Shown piece by piece: positions 1 to 9,229 of a DNA stretch of 64,000 nt; the first letter of the stretch is position 1; each line of letters starts with the position of its first letter. This DNA comes from an uncultured Gammaproteobacteria bacterium (lineage in GTDB: Bacteria > Patescibacteriota > Microgenomatia > Daviesbacterales > UBA10151). The stretch is from contig CAYMIA010000002.1 in the NCBI GenBank assembly GCA_964390595.1, positions 27,686 to 91,685 of the forward strand, in the 5' to 3' direction. Both the position numbers and the translations under genes were made by a program. The notes beneath the pieces are model-generated. The model did no database searches. It was not told the origin of the DNA and saw only the letters and a program-made list of their open reading frames with translations.

Positions 1-106
1 AACTTTGAGCTGTATCATTGATCTCGCTTTTTAGAGTTTGCACATTCTCTTGAATCTCACTTTTTAAAACCTGAACCACTTCCTGCAAGTCATCTTTAGT
101 GATCAT
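1..106 (-). CDS. 5' part of a coiled-coil hypothetical protein (runs off the window edge)
   Basis: Manual translation from ATG at 106: MITKDDLQEVVQVLKSEIQENVQTLKSEINDTAQS, with an 11-aa repeat (VQxLKSEI). Confidence 0.6.
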   Translation of the reverse strand, partial: MITKDDLQEVVQVLKSEIQENVQTLKSEINDTAQS

Positions 107-195
107 GAGGCTATTTTAGCAGCTTAAAGCTTGACAAGCAATGTACAATTGTTCGACAGTATATTAAGTATTTCAACTTATTATATAGGTAGTAT

Positions 196-2265
196 ATGAA
201 TAATTTAGTTATAGTCGAATCACCAACCAAAGCCCGGACTTTAGCCAAGTTTCTGGGTAAAGATTACACCATTGAGGCTTCAATGGGGCATATTAGAGAT
301 CTGCCAAAATCAGATCTCGGGATTGATGTGGAGAAAAACTTCGAGCCTGCGTATATTATTCCTAGAGATAAAAGAAAAAAGGTTAATGAGTTAAAAAAGA
401 TCGCCCAAAGCGCCAATCAACTCTGGTTGGCTACAGATCCTGACCGTGAGGGAGAAGCGATCGCCTGGCACATTAAAGAATTGCTCGGTAATTCTAGCAA
501 AGGTCCCAAAACCAGCGACCAAAGACCAATTCAAAGAGTCGTTTTTCATGAAATTACCGAGGATGCCATCAAAGAAGCTTTTGCGCATCCCAGGGCCTTA
601 GATCTGCAGCTAGTTGATGCTCAACAAGCCAGAAGGGTACTAGATCGGTTGGTAGGCTATAAGCTCTCGCCTCTTTTATGGAAAAAAGTCAAGCGCGGAC
701 TGTCCGCTGGCCGAGTCCAGTCAGTAGCGCTCCGGCTGATCGTGGAGCGGGACCGCGAAATCGATGCATTTAAACCAATTGAATACTGGTCAATTGAAGC
801 TGAACTAGAGACCAAAGACCAAAGACCAAAGACCAATTTCTTTGCTCAACTAATTCAATATCAGGGTAAAAAACTCGAGATTAAAAATGAAAAAGAAGCC
901 AATGATCATCTAGCTAAGCTCAAAGCAGCTGATTATCAAATCGACACCATCACCAAAAAACAGGTTAAGCGTTCTCCTGCCCCACCTTTTACTACCTCAA
1001 CTTTGCAACAAGCAGCAGGCAATAAACTGGGCCTCTCAGCCAAAAAAACCATGAGCTTAGCTCAATTTTTATATGAGCATGGCCTAATCACCTACATGCG
1101 TACCGACTCATTTAACCTCTCACCAGTGGCACTCGCTCAAACCAGAGATTACATAGCCAAAAAAATTGGTAAAGAGTATCTGCCCTCTGCTGCCCGGGTT
1201 TTTAAAACCAAATCCAAAGTCGCCCAGGAAGCTCATGAAGCGATCCGCCCCACTAATATGAGTACCACCACCGAAGAGCTAAAGAAAAATGAAGGTTTAA
1301 CTAGAGATCACCTCAGACTTTATGATTTAATCTGGAAGCGGATGCTTGCCTCCCAAATGGCCGAGGCCTTGCTTGATCAAACGACTGTTGATGTGGCGGC
1401 AACCAGTCACGAGTTACCAGTCACGAGTTACACACTTAGAGCGACGGGCTCAGTTATTAAATTCGATGGTTGGCTCAGAGTTTATGGTGTAGCCCAGCTT
1501 GAAGAGGAGGAAAAGGACAAAGAGGAAGGTACCAAAAAACAGGTCCTACCTGAATTGAATGAAAAAGAACCACTCAACCTACTTGGCATTCATGGTGACC
1601 AGCACTTTACTGAACCACCACCCCGTTTTAATGAAGCCTCGTTGATTAAAAAACTTGAGGAGTTGGGGATAGGCCGTCCTTCAACTTATGCACCAATTCT
1701 GTCAACCATTCAAGACCGGTTTTATGTGGAGAAAAAAGAGCGCAAGTTTTTCACTACCCCTCTGGGAATGGCTGTCACTGATTTTTTACTCAAAAACTTT
1801 CCAGAAATTGTTGATTATAAATTTACCGCCAAAATGGAAGATGATCTAGATGAGATTGCCACTGGTGGCAAAGCTTGGCAGCCACTAATCAAAGAGTTTT
1901 ACACTCCTTTTGAAAAAAAGATTGAGCAAACTGAGCAAACTGGCGAGCGGGTTAAAATAGCCACAGAAACAATCGATAAAAATTGCCCCAGGTGTGGCAA
2001 ACAATTAATTGTCAGGTTTGGCCGCTTTGGTAAGTTCCTAGCCTGTTCGGGCTTTCCAGAGTGTAAACACACCGAAGCCTATGATCAAATTACTGATGTT
2101 AAATGCCCAGATGATGGGGGAGAGTTGGTAGTTAGAAGAACTAAAAAAGGCCGGCCTTTCTACGGCTGTAAAAACTGGCCCACCTGCAAATTTGCCTCCT
2201 GGACCAAACCCAAACCAGATAAAGAATCAAAACCTCCTGAAGAAACTCCAGCAGCTGCAACTTAA
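196..2265 (+). CDS. topA: DNA topoisomerase I (type IA)
   Basis: LVIVESPTKA TOPRIM start, ATDPDREGE, SAGRVQS, LITYMRTDS catalytic Tyr, C-terminal Zn ribbons. Confidence 0.98.
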   Translation: MNNLVIVESPTKARTLAKFLGKDYTIEASMGHIRDLPKSDLGIDVEKNFEPAYIIPRDKRKKVNELKKIAQSANQLWLATDPDREGEAIAWHIKELLGNSSKGPKTSDQRPIQRVVFHEITEDAIKEAFAHPRALDLQLVDAQQARRVLDRLVGYKLSPLLWKKVKRGLSAGRVQSVALRLIVERDREIDAFKPIEYWSIEAELETKDQRPKTNFFAQLIQYQGKKLEIKNEKEANDHLAKLKAADYQIDTITKKQVKRSPAPPFTTSTLQQAAGNKLGLSAKKTMSLAQFLYEHGLITYMRTDSFNLSPVALAQTRDYIAKKIGKEYLPSAARVFKTKSKVAQEAHEAIRPTNMSTTTEELKKNEGLTRDHLRLYDLIWKRMLASQMAEALLDQTTVDVAATSHELPVTSYTLRATGSVIKFDGWLRVYGVAQLEEEEKDKEEGTKKQVLPELNEKEPLNLLGIHGDQHFTEPPPRFNEASLIKKLEELGIGRPSTYAPILSTIQDRFYVEKKERKFFTTPLGMAVTDFLLKNFPEIVDYKFTAKMEDDLDEIATGGKAWQPLIKEFYTPFEKKIEQTEQTGERVKIATETIDKNCPRCGKQLIVRFGRFGKFLACSGFPECKHTEAYDQITDVKCPDDGGELVVRRTKKGRPFYGCKNWPTCKFASWTKPKPDKESKPPEETPAAAT
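504..531 (+). repeat. Degenerate heptamer tract inside topA
   Basis: tcccaaa|accagcg|accaaag|accaatt. Confidence 0.65.
804..838 (+). repeat. Heptamer tandem repeat (ACCAAAG)x3 inside topA
   Basis: actagag|accaaag|accaaag|accaaag|accaatt. Confidence 0.9.
1402..1431 (+). repeat. Heptamer tract (ACCAGTC ACGAGTT)x2 inside topA
   Basis: accagtc|acgagtt|accagtc|acgagtt|ac. Confidence 0.85.
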
Positions 2266-2330
2266 GCAGATTTAATCTTGGCAGCTAAGTTATAAAAATG
2301 TTTCACCTCAGAGTCTAATGCAATTAGCAT
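2262..2330 (-). pseudogene. Internally deleted, diverged copy (22-aa mini-ORF) of the 3126..3890 gene
   Basis: Translates MLIALDSEVKHFYNLAAKIKSA*, matching the N-terminus (MPIALDSEVRHFYNLAA) and C-terminus (AAKLKSA*) of the 254-aa ORF; DNA 2280-2338 closely matches 3840-3898. Confidence 0.85.
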
Positions 2331-2353
2331 ATAGTAAACGTCTAATTATCAAC

Positions 2354-2376
2354 ATCCCACACCCGGTGTGGGATAT
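2354..2376. repeat. REP-like palindrome, left of RAYT-1
   Basis: atcccacacc-c-ggtgtgggat(at); identical to 3053-3075. Confidence 0.9.
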
Positions 2377-2406
2377 ACATATTGCTTAGTATGCTATAAT
2401 CCCGCC

Positions 2407-3051
2407 ATGCCTTATAGGATTATTCCAGCGGTTACTGGAAATTATTATCATATTTACAATCGCGGAGTTAATAAACAACCAATTTATGAAGATTTCGGTG
2501 ATTACCAACGTCATCTGGAGGTTCTACTTTATTATCAGTTTGCTGGTCCTAAACCAAAATTTTCCAATCGAAATCGTTTTAAAATAGCCAGTAATCAAGC
2601 AGAAAAAACTGTCGAGATAGTATGCTATTGTCTAATGCCTAATCACTTTCATCTACTCCTTAAACAGCTAAAAGACGGAGGAATTGAGGAGTTTATTACT
2701 AAAGTGGGTGACAGCTATGCTAAATACTATAACATTAAACACCAGAGAACTGGTCCGCTTTTTTCTAGTCATTATAAAGCTGTTCAAATTGAGACTGATG
2801 AACAGTTATTGCATCTTTCCAGGTATATCCACTTAAATCCTTTTGTCTCTAAATTAGTAAATAACCCAGAAGATTATCCATTTTCTTCATACCCAGAGTT
2901 TATTAATCTAAGCAATAGAAATACTGTAACGAATGAAATTATTCTAAACTTCTTTAAAGGAAATGATAGATATAAGCAATTCGTTGATGATCATAAAGAT
3001 TTTGCCAAAGATTTACATCAAATCGAGCATTTAATACTTGAGGAAAACTAA
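2407..3051 (+). mobile_element. REP-associated tyrosine transposase (RAYT, Y1/HUH, IS200-like fold)
   Basis: YHIYNRGVNK, CLMPNHFHLLL (HUH), RYIHLNP, YPFSSY; ATG 2407 lies 6 nt after TATAAT; flanked by palindromes. Confidence 0.92.
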
Positions 3052-3077
3052 TATCCCACACCCGGTGTGGGATATTA
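3049..3077. repeat. REP-like palindrome, right of RAYT-1
   Basis: taatatcccacacc-c-ggtgtgggatatta, perfect 14-bp arms. Confidence 0.9.
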
Positions 3078-3125
3078 AAAAAAAGATTTTATTTCATACT
3101 ATTTTATTACCAGGAAATAAAAGTA

Positions 3126-3890
3126 TTAAGCAGATTTGAGTTTAGCAGCAGCTTGAGCTTCTTCAATATATTTATCCAATAAATCAACTGGTTGACCTAG
3201 TTTTGAAAGTAAATCTGGCAAACAATCCTTTTCTCCTTTGGTGAGTCTATCACTTGCAAAGTATTGGGCCACATCAAAATTACCTATTGATAAACCAGAT
3301 GGAGGAGAAGGAAGTTTTCTATAGCTGTAAACGTGAGTAACAAAAGCTACCTTCGCATCACCCCGAGCTTTTCTGCTAGCTACCTCATTTGCCTTCACGC
3401 TCCAATCCTCGTATTCTCGAACATATCTAGGTTGCAAATAAGGAGGGGTATAATAGCCTTCATGCCAAAAATTACCATAAGGTGAATGGCTGGCAACTGC
3501 TGGAGTGACTAAACTCCACATGGCTCTAGCTGGATTAAAACTGACAAATGGAGGAGTGATTAACCCCATCGTTAAAGTATCATCTCTTCTCTGTTCTATT
3601 CTCCATGTATCTGGATCTACTAATAAAAACAGCTGATCTTGCCGTTGTTCCATCGCCTCAAGGAAACCCTGCCATTCCTGGGTAAACTTACTCACGTCGT
3701 TAAACCCTAGCAAAGTTCCCTTAGTGGCTAAACAAAAATCAACTAAAGTATCTCCAGTAGTTTCTCCAGCTTTGATTTTGGCCTGAATCTCTTTCAGCTT
3801 GGAGTTTGCATCAGGATCTAATTTACCATCTTCAGTTCTGGCAGCCAAGTTATAAAAATGTCTCACCTCAGAGTCTAAAGCAATTGGCAT
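3126..3890 (-). CDS. Hypothetical protein
   Basis: 254-aa ORF, no recognised motif. Confidence 0.75.
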   Translation of the reverse strand: MPIALDSEVRHFYNLAARTEDGKLDPDANSKLKEIQAKIKAGETTGDTLVDFCLATKGTLLGFNDVSKFTQEWQGFLEAMEQRQDQLFLLVDPDTWRIEQRRDDTLTMGLITPPFVSFNPARAMWSLVTPAVASHSPYGNFWHEGYYTPPYLQPRYVREYEDWSVKANEVASRKARGDAKVAFVTHVYSYRKLPSPPSGLSIGNFDVAQYFASDRLTKGEKDCLPDLLSKLGQPVDLLDKYIEEAQAAAKLKSA

Positions 3891-3954
3891 ATAGTAAATT
3901 CGAATATAGCCTTCTTGAATCTGCTTGTCAATATCAAATATAATCTGGATTTGT

Positions 3955-4377
3955 ATGGAAATTCAAAGAGAAGATTATCCTGAGTATGCTAAAAAAGAGC
4001 TTGAAGGAGGTCCCCTACTTAGAGTTGACGATGTTGGGCCGTATGTAGCAGCTCTAATTGAGAGGCAAGAAGAGGTTTTTAGAAAACTTAGATCTAAGCC
4101 TAAGATAGATACATTTCAAGCATACCAAAAAACCAGGCCCAAAGATCAAACTACATCCTCCAGATCTGCACATTGGTCAGTTGTTGCCATGGCTATTTCA
4201 GTTAGTTTTTTATTGGGCCTAACAATCTGCCGGAGCGTTGATTCATACCAAAGTTCTCAAATTGAAGCTACCAAAACTGTCAGTACACCCACCCCTAAAT
4301 CAATTCTAGATGCCTTTTGGTCAATTGTCCCTACTCCTGAATTACCTTATCCTCCCAAATTCCCCAAAGCTCCCTAA
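3955..4377 (+). CDS. Hypothetical single-pass membrane protein
   Basis: One hydrophobic segment and a Pro/Thr-rich tail; ATG 3955 preferred over TTG 3925. Confidence 0.65.
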   Translation: MEIQREDYPEYAKKELEGGPLLRVDDVGPYVAALIERQEEVFRKLRSKPKIDTFQAYQKTRPKDQTTSSRSAHWSVVAMAISVSFLLGLTICRSVDSYQSSQIEATKTVSTPTPKSILDAFWSIVPTPELPYPPKFPKAP

Positions 4378-4470
4378 ATCAACCATTGACAACTACTTAA
4401 AAATTCTGTAATTATATTAGGGGCTCCAAAAAAGTTTAATTCTTCTTAAAGAAAGATCCTCCAAATTCTT

Positions 4471-4836
4471 ATGAGTGTTGCTGCCGAATTTAATGTTAAT
4501 ACTGAAATAGGTTATCAAGTTCAACCAGACCGAGGTGAACGACCGGATTTGGCTGATTCCAGGCAGGCCATGAGAGAATTAATGAAGCATGTCAGGGGTT
4601 TAGATGTGATGGGAGTTTGGGCAGAAGCTTGGCTAAACATCACTCCGATGAGATTACCAGAAGCAATGGGAGATGCCCCCTCGATGCGTGACTTGCTTAA
4701 AGAAACGCTTGATCATCAAGATGTTATTAATCTCTCTAACCTAGTTCAAAATAGCGTTCAAACAGGCAGCTCAAAAGATGGTGCAATTGAACCACATCAT
4801 ATCTACGCAGTTTTAGTTGATCGAATTAGACGTTGA
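4471..4836 (+). CDS. Hypothetical protein
   Basis: 121-aa ORF. Confidence 0.6.
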   Translation: MSVAAEFNVNTEIGYQVQPDRGERPDLADSRQAMRELMKHVRGLDVMGVWAEAWLNITPMRLPEAMGDAPSMRDLLKETLDHQDVINLSNLVQNSVQTGSSKDGAIEPHHIYAVLVDRIRR

Positions 4837-4913
4837 ATCCACCAAGCCGAATCCGATTGACCCCTTGAAAAGTTTTTTCAATTTAGGTATTAATGGTAAA
4901 ATAAAGCTATCAT

Positions 4914-5660
4914 ATGCAATATCCTATTAAAGTCTCTACATATAAAGATTCCCAAGGTAACAGACATAAAAAAATCTTAAATCTTCAGTCATCAAAAAAG
5001 ACTATTAAAGGTCTTTGGAAGAGAAAAATTATAGACCGCAGTCAGATTAAGAATTTACACAGAAGGTTAAAAGCGAGTGATGAAGTAGTAGTTTTTACTC
5101 CAGGAGCTTTTGATATGATACATGTTGGTCACGCCAGATTTTTAGCCTTGGCTAAATCTTTGGGTACTATATTGGTAGTGGGTATTAACTCCGATAATTC
5201 TATTAAGGCATACAAGGGGGATGATAGGCCGATACTAAATCAGGACAGCAGAGCAGAGATGTTAGCCCATCTGGCAGCTGTTGATTACGTTGTAATCTTT
5301 GATGATACTATGACAGGAAGTGAAGTTGCAGAGGGTCTAAAAGATCGGGCCAAGAAACTGGCAGAACTCGCCGTCAAGGATAAATTCAAAGGTGAATTTT
5401 TTTCGACGGGGGTAATTAGAGATTTAAAACCTGATAGGCTTCTTTGTATAGAAGAGAGTTGGCAAGGCAGGCTTCATGAAAGGCCAGAGGTGAAGGCTGT
5501 ATTGGAATATGGAGGAGAAGTTTATTGCTCCCCAAAACAAGATCCAATCCTTTCAACTAGCAAGATTGTGACTAAACTTATGGAAGATGGGAAAAGGAAT
5601 CTAATCAAAGAGATGAGCACTATATTAAATCAGGAGGATTCCTTAAAAGGTTCTCTTTAA
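4914..5660 (+). CDS. Cytidylyl/adenylyltransferase-like protein (RfaE/HldE domain II-like, HIGH superfamily)
   Basis: FTPGAFDMIHVGH, LVVGINSD, KGDDRPIL, RAEML, VDYVVIF, STSKI. Confidence 0.88.
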   Translation: MQYPIKVSTYKDSQGNRHKKILNLQSSKKTIKGLWKRKIIDRSQIKNLHRRLKASDEVVVFTPGAFDMIHVGHARFLALAKSLGTILVVGINSDNSIKAYKGDDRPILNQDSRAEMLAHLAAVDYVVIFDDTMTGSEVAEGLKDRAKKLAELAVKDKFKGEFFSTGVIRDLKPDRLLCIEESWQGRLHERPEVKAVLEYGGEVYCSPKQDPILSTSKIVTKLMEDGKRNLIKEMSTILNQEDSLKGSL

Positions 5661-5692
5661 AAATTAAAAATCTGTGTTATTATGGCGTAACG

Positions 5693-6379
5693 ATGGCAGT
5701 AGAGCAGCAAAGCCAACCACTAGATGTATCATGTATCGATTTAGACGCACTCAGAGAGCAAAGGGAAAGGCTAGGATATGTTATTGTCAGCACTGCCCGT
5801 CCTTTAACCGACGCTAGACGAGCGATTTTAGGAACCATCGTTCCAGATCATTTAGTTAGACTAGAAGCTCCATCCAAAAAATTCTCTCTAGATATTCCTG
5901 TTGTTACTGATGATTTTTCTAGACAGCTAATCGCTGCAGCTAGAGATGAAGCTAAACTCTCCTTTTGTATGTGGAGACAAGTCGGTTGTGTTTTAGCAGA
6001 TCCAGAAACTCAGCAGATTGTAGAAAGAACTCATAACGGTCCGGTTGGGAATAAACGATTTTGCAGAGACTTAGGAGTGAGTTACCGGGAACTAGAACCA
6101 CTTTTGGGAAAAAACGAGAGATTGGAAGCGTGTCATGCTAGACATGCTGAAAATGCTATGGCTGCTCGAATTATTGAGAAACAAATTGATCCTAAAGGCT
6201 ATTTCATTGGAGTTGATGTTGACCCGTGTGATCACTGCGCCAATTTTCTAGCTGGAGTTCATCCTGAAGCTGTCCTTGTTGACTTTAACCCCAGTAGAGA
6301 ATACTACAACGCATTAGGACTGAGAATTTTACAAGATGCTGGAATTCCAACCCTTTTTGTCAGGATGCCAGGAGAATGA
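5693..6379 (+). CDS. dCMP deaminase-like zinc deaminase
   Basis: S-x-C-x-x-RQVGCVL, HNG, HAE, PCDHC. Confidence 0.85.
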   Translation: MAVEQQSQPLDVSCIDLDALREQRERLGYVIVSTARPLTDARRAILGTIVPDHLVRLEAPSKKFSLDIPVVTDDFSRQLIAAARDEAKLSFCMWRQVGCVLADPETQQIVERTHNGPVGNKRFCRDLGVSYRELEPLLGKNERLEACHARHAENAMAARIIEKQIDPKGYFIGVDVDPCDHCANFLAGVHPEAVLVDFNPSREYYNALGLRILQDAGIPTLFVRMPGE

Positions 6380-6960
6380 AAAGAGAACTATTAATAGGAG
6401 TAGAACCTTCAAGAACACCATTGACCGATGATTATGTGGATGACGACCAGGGGTTGAAAGCCCGGACTGAAGGATTATATGATGGTATAGCCAAAAAGGC
6501 TCGAGAGTCAGGCCAATGTGTTTTTTGTAATTTAAAAGAAGAATTTGTGATTGCTCACTACCACGGTTGGACAGCCTTTACTAACTTCCACCCCAGATCA
6601 CGAGCAAATCTTTTATTCGCACCGGATAGACACTTAACATCAATGACCAAATTTACTAATAAAGATGCCATAGCTAGACAAAGGTTAGAACAGCTAATGT
6701 ATAGTCTGCTAGGGGAATGTTTTGGACTAACTGCAGTGCATTTTCTACTGAGAGAAGGAAGTGAGGATAAAACAGTTGATCATACGCATAGTCATGCCAT
6801 GCATTATTATCATGGAATTATGAAGTGGTATAATGAAGCCGAAATGAAAGATCGAGTTTTTAGAACGCCTGAACAAGTGGGTCAACCATTACTTCCCAGA
6901 GTGATAGTAGCAAGAACTATGCAACAAGCACTAGCCAAAGCGATGGAGATTAATCAATAA
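6376..6960 (+). CDS. HIT-family nucleotide hydrolase
   Basis: CVFC, N-x-x-P, P-x-RH, HTHSH triad. Confidence 0.8.
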   Translation: MKRELLIGVEPSRTPLTDDYVDDDQGLKARTEGLYDGIAKKARESGQCVFCNLKEEFVIAHYHGWTAFTNFHPRSRANLLFAPDRHLTSMTKFTNKDAIARQRLEQLMYSLLGECFGLTAVHFLLREGSEDKTVDHTHSHAMHYYHGIMKWYNEAEMKDRVFRTPEQVGQPLLPRVIVARTMQQALAKAMEINQ

Positions 6961-8069
6961 TGGCAACTGAACTCATAACTCCAGAAATGTCAACCAACGA
7001 GGTTGAAGAAAGAGCTCCTAGAGACTCAGCAGAACTGCACGCTGCTGACATTCAGACAGGCTTAGATTTAGATGCCATCTCTCGTCTTAAACCTCATCCA
7101 GAGTATCAATATCTCGGCTTAATGAGTCACATTATGCGAGAAGGCAAAGATCGAGCCATGCATGTACCCAGGGATCAAGGGATCCGTTGTACACTTGGAG
7201 GATCACATACTTATAATTTACAAGAAGATGGCTTTCCGGTTCTGACTACCAAAGATGTTTTTTGGAGAGGTGTTACTCACGAGCTACGTTGGTTTTTAGA
7301 TGGAGGTACCAATATTAAGTATCTAGTTGACAATAATATTCATATTTGGGATGGAGATGCTTTTAGAAGGTATGATAGAGCGGCAAAAAGTGGAAAAGCT
7401 CCTCTACTTGACATTAATGATTACATAGCAAGGATTAAGGAAGATGACGATTTTGCAGAGAAGTGGGGTGGTATTGGCCAGGTTTATGGAGCTCAGTGGC
7501 GTCGATGGCCAACTCCAGATGGCAGACAGATTGATCAAATTCAACAATTAATTGATCAATTACGCAGTCCAGTTAACAAATATCGTAAAAGTTTACTGGT
7601 CTCAGCTTGGAATCCCAGCTTTTTACCAGGCAATGCCCAAAATGAGGAAGACGAAATGGCACTACCTGCTTGTCATGTTCAGTTTCAAGCCGATGTTGAC
7701 GAAGAGGATCGATTGAGCTTGATAATGTTTCAAAGAAGCGCTGATGTCTTTTTGGGAGTTCCTTTTAATATCGCCAGTTACGCTCTTTTGACCCATTTAT
7801 TAGCTAAAGTGAGTGGTCTAAAAGCATATCAGTTTATCCATCAGTTTGGAAATAGTCATGTCTATTATAAGCATTTCGAGGCAGTTAGGGAGCAATTAAC
7901 AAGAGAGCCATATCAATTTCCCCAGTTGGAATTACCAAATATTGAAAAGATTGATGATTTTAAACCAGGAGATGCTAAATTAGTCGGCTATACACACCAC
8001 CCTCGACTTAAGGCGGAAATGATCGCAGTTGGGGGTATAATCGATGATCCTGTTGAGCTCCAAAAATGA
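6960..8069 (+). CDS. thyA: Thymidylate synthase
   Basis: FPVLTTK, ELRWFL, YGAQWR, MALPACH, QRSADVFLGVPFNIASY. Confidence 0.97.
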   Translation: MATELITPEMSTNEVEERAPRDSAELHAADIQTGLDLDAISRLKPHPEYQYLGLMSHIMREGKDRAMHVPRDQGIRCTLGGSHTYNLQEDGFPVLTTKDVFWRGVTHELRWFLDGGTNIKYLVDNNIHIWDGDAFRRYDRAAKSGKAPLLDINDYIARIKEDDDFAEKWGGIGQVYGAQWRRWPTPDGRQIDQIQQLIDQLRSPVNKYRKSLLVSAWNPSFLPGNAQNEEDEMALPACHVQFQADVDEEDRLSLIMFQRSADVFLGVPFNIASYALLTHLLAKVSGLKAYQFIHQFGNSHVYYKHFEAVREQLTREPYQFPQLELPNIEKIDDFKPGDAKLVGYTHHPRLKAEMIAVGGIIDDPVELQK

Positions 8070-8117
8070 AACTCTTTTCTAGAGTTTCCTTCCCGCTGGA
8101 AGAGGAAAATAAAATTT

Positions 8118-8648
8118 ATGCCAGAAAATAGACCTGAGATATCAATTGTTGTGGCGATGGATGAAAAAAGAGGTATTGGTAAAGATGGGAAGATACCCTG
8201 GCCAAGAATACCAGAGGATTTGCAAAGACTCAAAAATTTAACTCTTGGACATGTCACTATTGTCGGAAGGACATCTTATGAGTCAATGCTTGGGTACTAC
8301 GAAGCCAGTGGTAGAGATACTATGTCTAGAAGAACTCATGTAGTTGTGTCTAGAAATCCAGATTATCAAGTTGATCCAGGATATGGTTTTGCTGCTTCCT
8401 CGATTGAGGAAGCTTTAGAAAAAGCTAAGCAAGAAGAGGTCTTTGTTATTGGTGGAGCACAAATTTATGCCCAAACCTTAGTTCATGCTACTAGGCTTTT
8501 GTTAACTATGGTTGAGGGAAATTATAAATGCGATACTTTTTTCCCAGATTATTCTGTCTTTGATCAAGTTGTTTCCGAAACTCCAAGAGAGTCAAATGGT
8601 TTGAGATATAAATTTTTAGAATTAGCCAGGTCTACTAGAAATTCTTAA
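8118..8648 (+). CDS. folA: Dihydrofolate reductase
   Basis: IGKDGKIPW, VGRTSYES, VIGGAQIY, CDTFFP; follows thyA. Confidence 0.95.
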   Translation: MPENRPEISIVVAMDEKRGIGKDGKIPWPRIPEDLQRLKNLTLGHVTIVGRTSYESMLGYYEASGRDTMSRRTHVVVSRNPDYQVDPGYGFAASSIEEALEKAKQEEVFVIGGAQIYAQTLVHATRLLLTMVEGNYKCDTFFPDYSVFDQVVSETPRESNGLRYKFLELARSTRNS

Positions 8649-8649
8649 T

Positions 8650-9228
8650 ATGTCTGTTTTAGGTTTAGATGAAGTTGCCAAAAGAATCAAAAAAGATAAA
8701 CTAATTGAAAATTTGGGTGCTAGGGATCTGAAAAATCCTGAAGGGGTGGGGATTGATTTAAGGCTAGGGGAGTTGCATCAAATTGTTAAAGGAAGAGCCT
8801 TTATTGATGCAGATATTGATGAGGTCAACCAAGGAGCTAGAAAAGGAGTTGAAACCAAATTAATTGCCCAATTTAACCCAGACCTGCCTCCAGAGAAACA
8901 AGAGAGAATTGAACTTCAACCAGGAGAGTATTATCTAGCTGTTACCTTAGAAAAAGTTAATCTCCCGGAAAATCTATTTGGCCAATTTTTCCCTAGAACT
9001 AGCCTGTTTAGGGCTGGAGTTTTATTCCTCCCTGGTAAAGCTGACCCAGGCTACTCTGGTCCTTTAACCTTTGGTCTAAAAGTCCTGGATAAATTTCCCT
9101 TTAAAATTCAAATGGGGGCCAGATTTTCAAATATCGTTTTTGTAGAGATCACAGGTAAAGCAGTAAAATACAGAGGCCAACATCAAGGTGGTAGAGTCTC
9201 TCACTCCAAAGTCGAGACCCAAGTTTAA
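8650..9228 (+). CDS. dcd: dCTP deaminase / trimeric dUTPase family protein
   Basis: GIDLRLG, PRTSLFRAG, ADPGYSGPLT, YRGQHQG. Confidence 0.8.
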   Translation: MSVLGLDEVAKRIKKDKLIENLGARDLKNPEGVGIDLRLGELHQIVKGRAFIDADIDEVNQGARKGVETKLIAQFNPDLPPEKQERIELQPGEYYLAVTLEKVNLPENLFGQFFPRTSLFRAGVLFLPGKADPGYSGPLTFGLKVLDKFPFKIQMGARFSNIVFVEITGKAVKYRGQHQGGRVSHSKVETQV

Positions 9229-9229
9229 A

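Noticed and set aside
2280-3898. The 2280-2338 / 3840-3898 repeat pair as a DGR TR/VR or a target-site duplication
   Set aside because: Mismatches are not confined to adenines of one copy, there is no RT, and the copy joins both gene ends, which fits duplication plus deletion.
4914-9228. Prophage nucleotide-metabolism module
   Set aside because: No integrase, capsid, terminase or phage replication genes are nearby.
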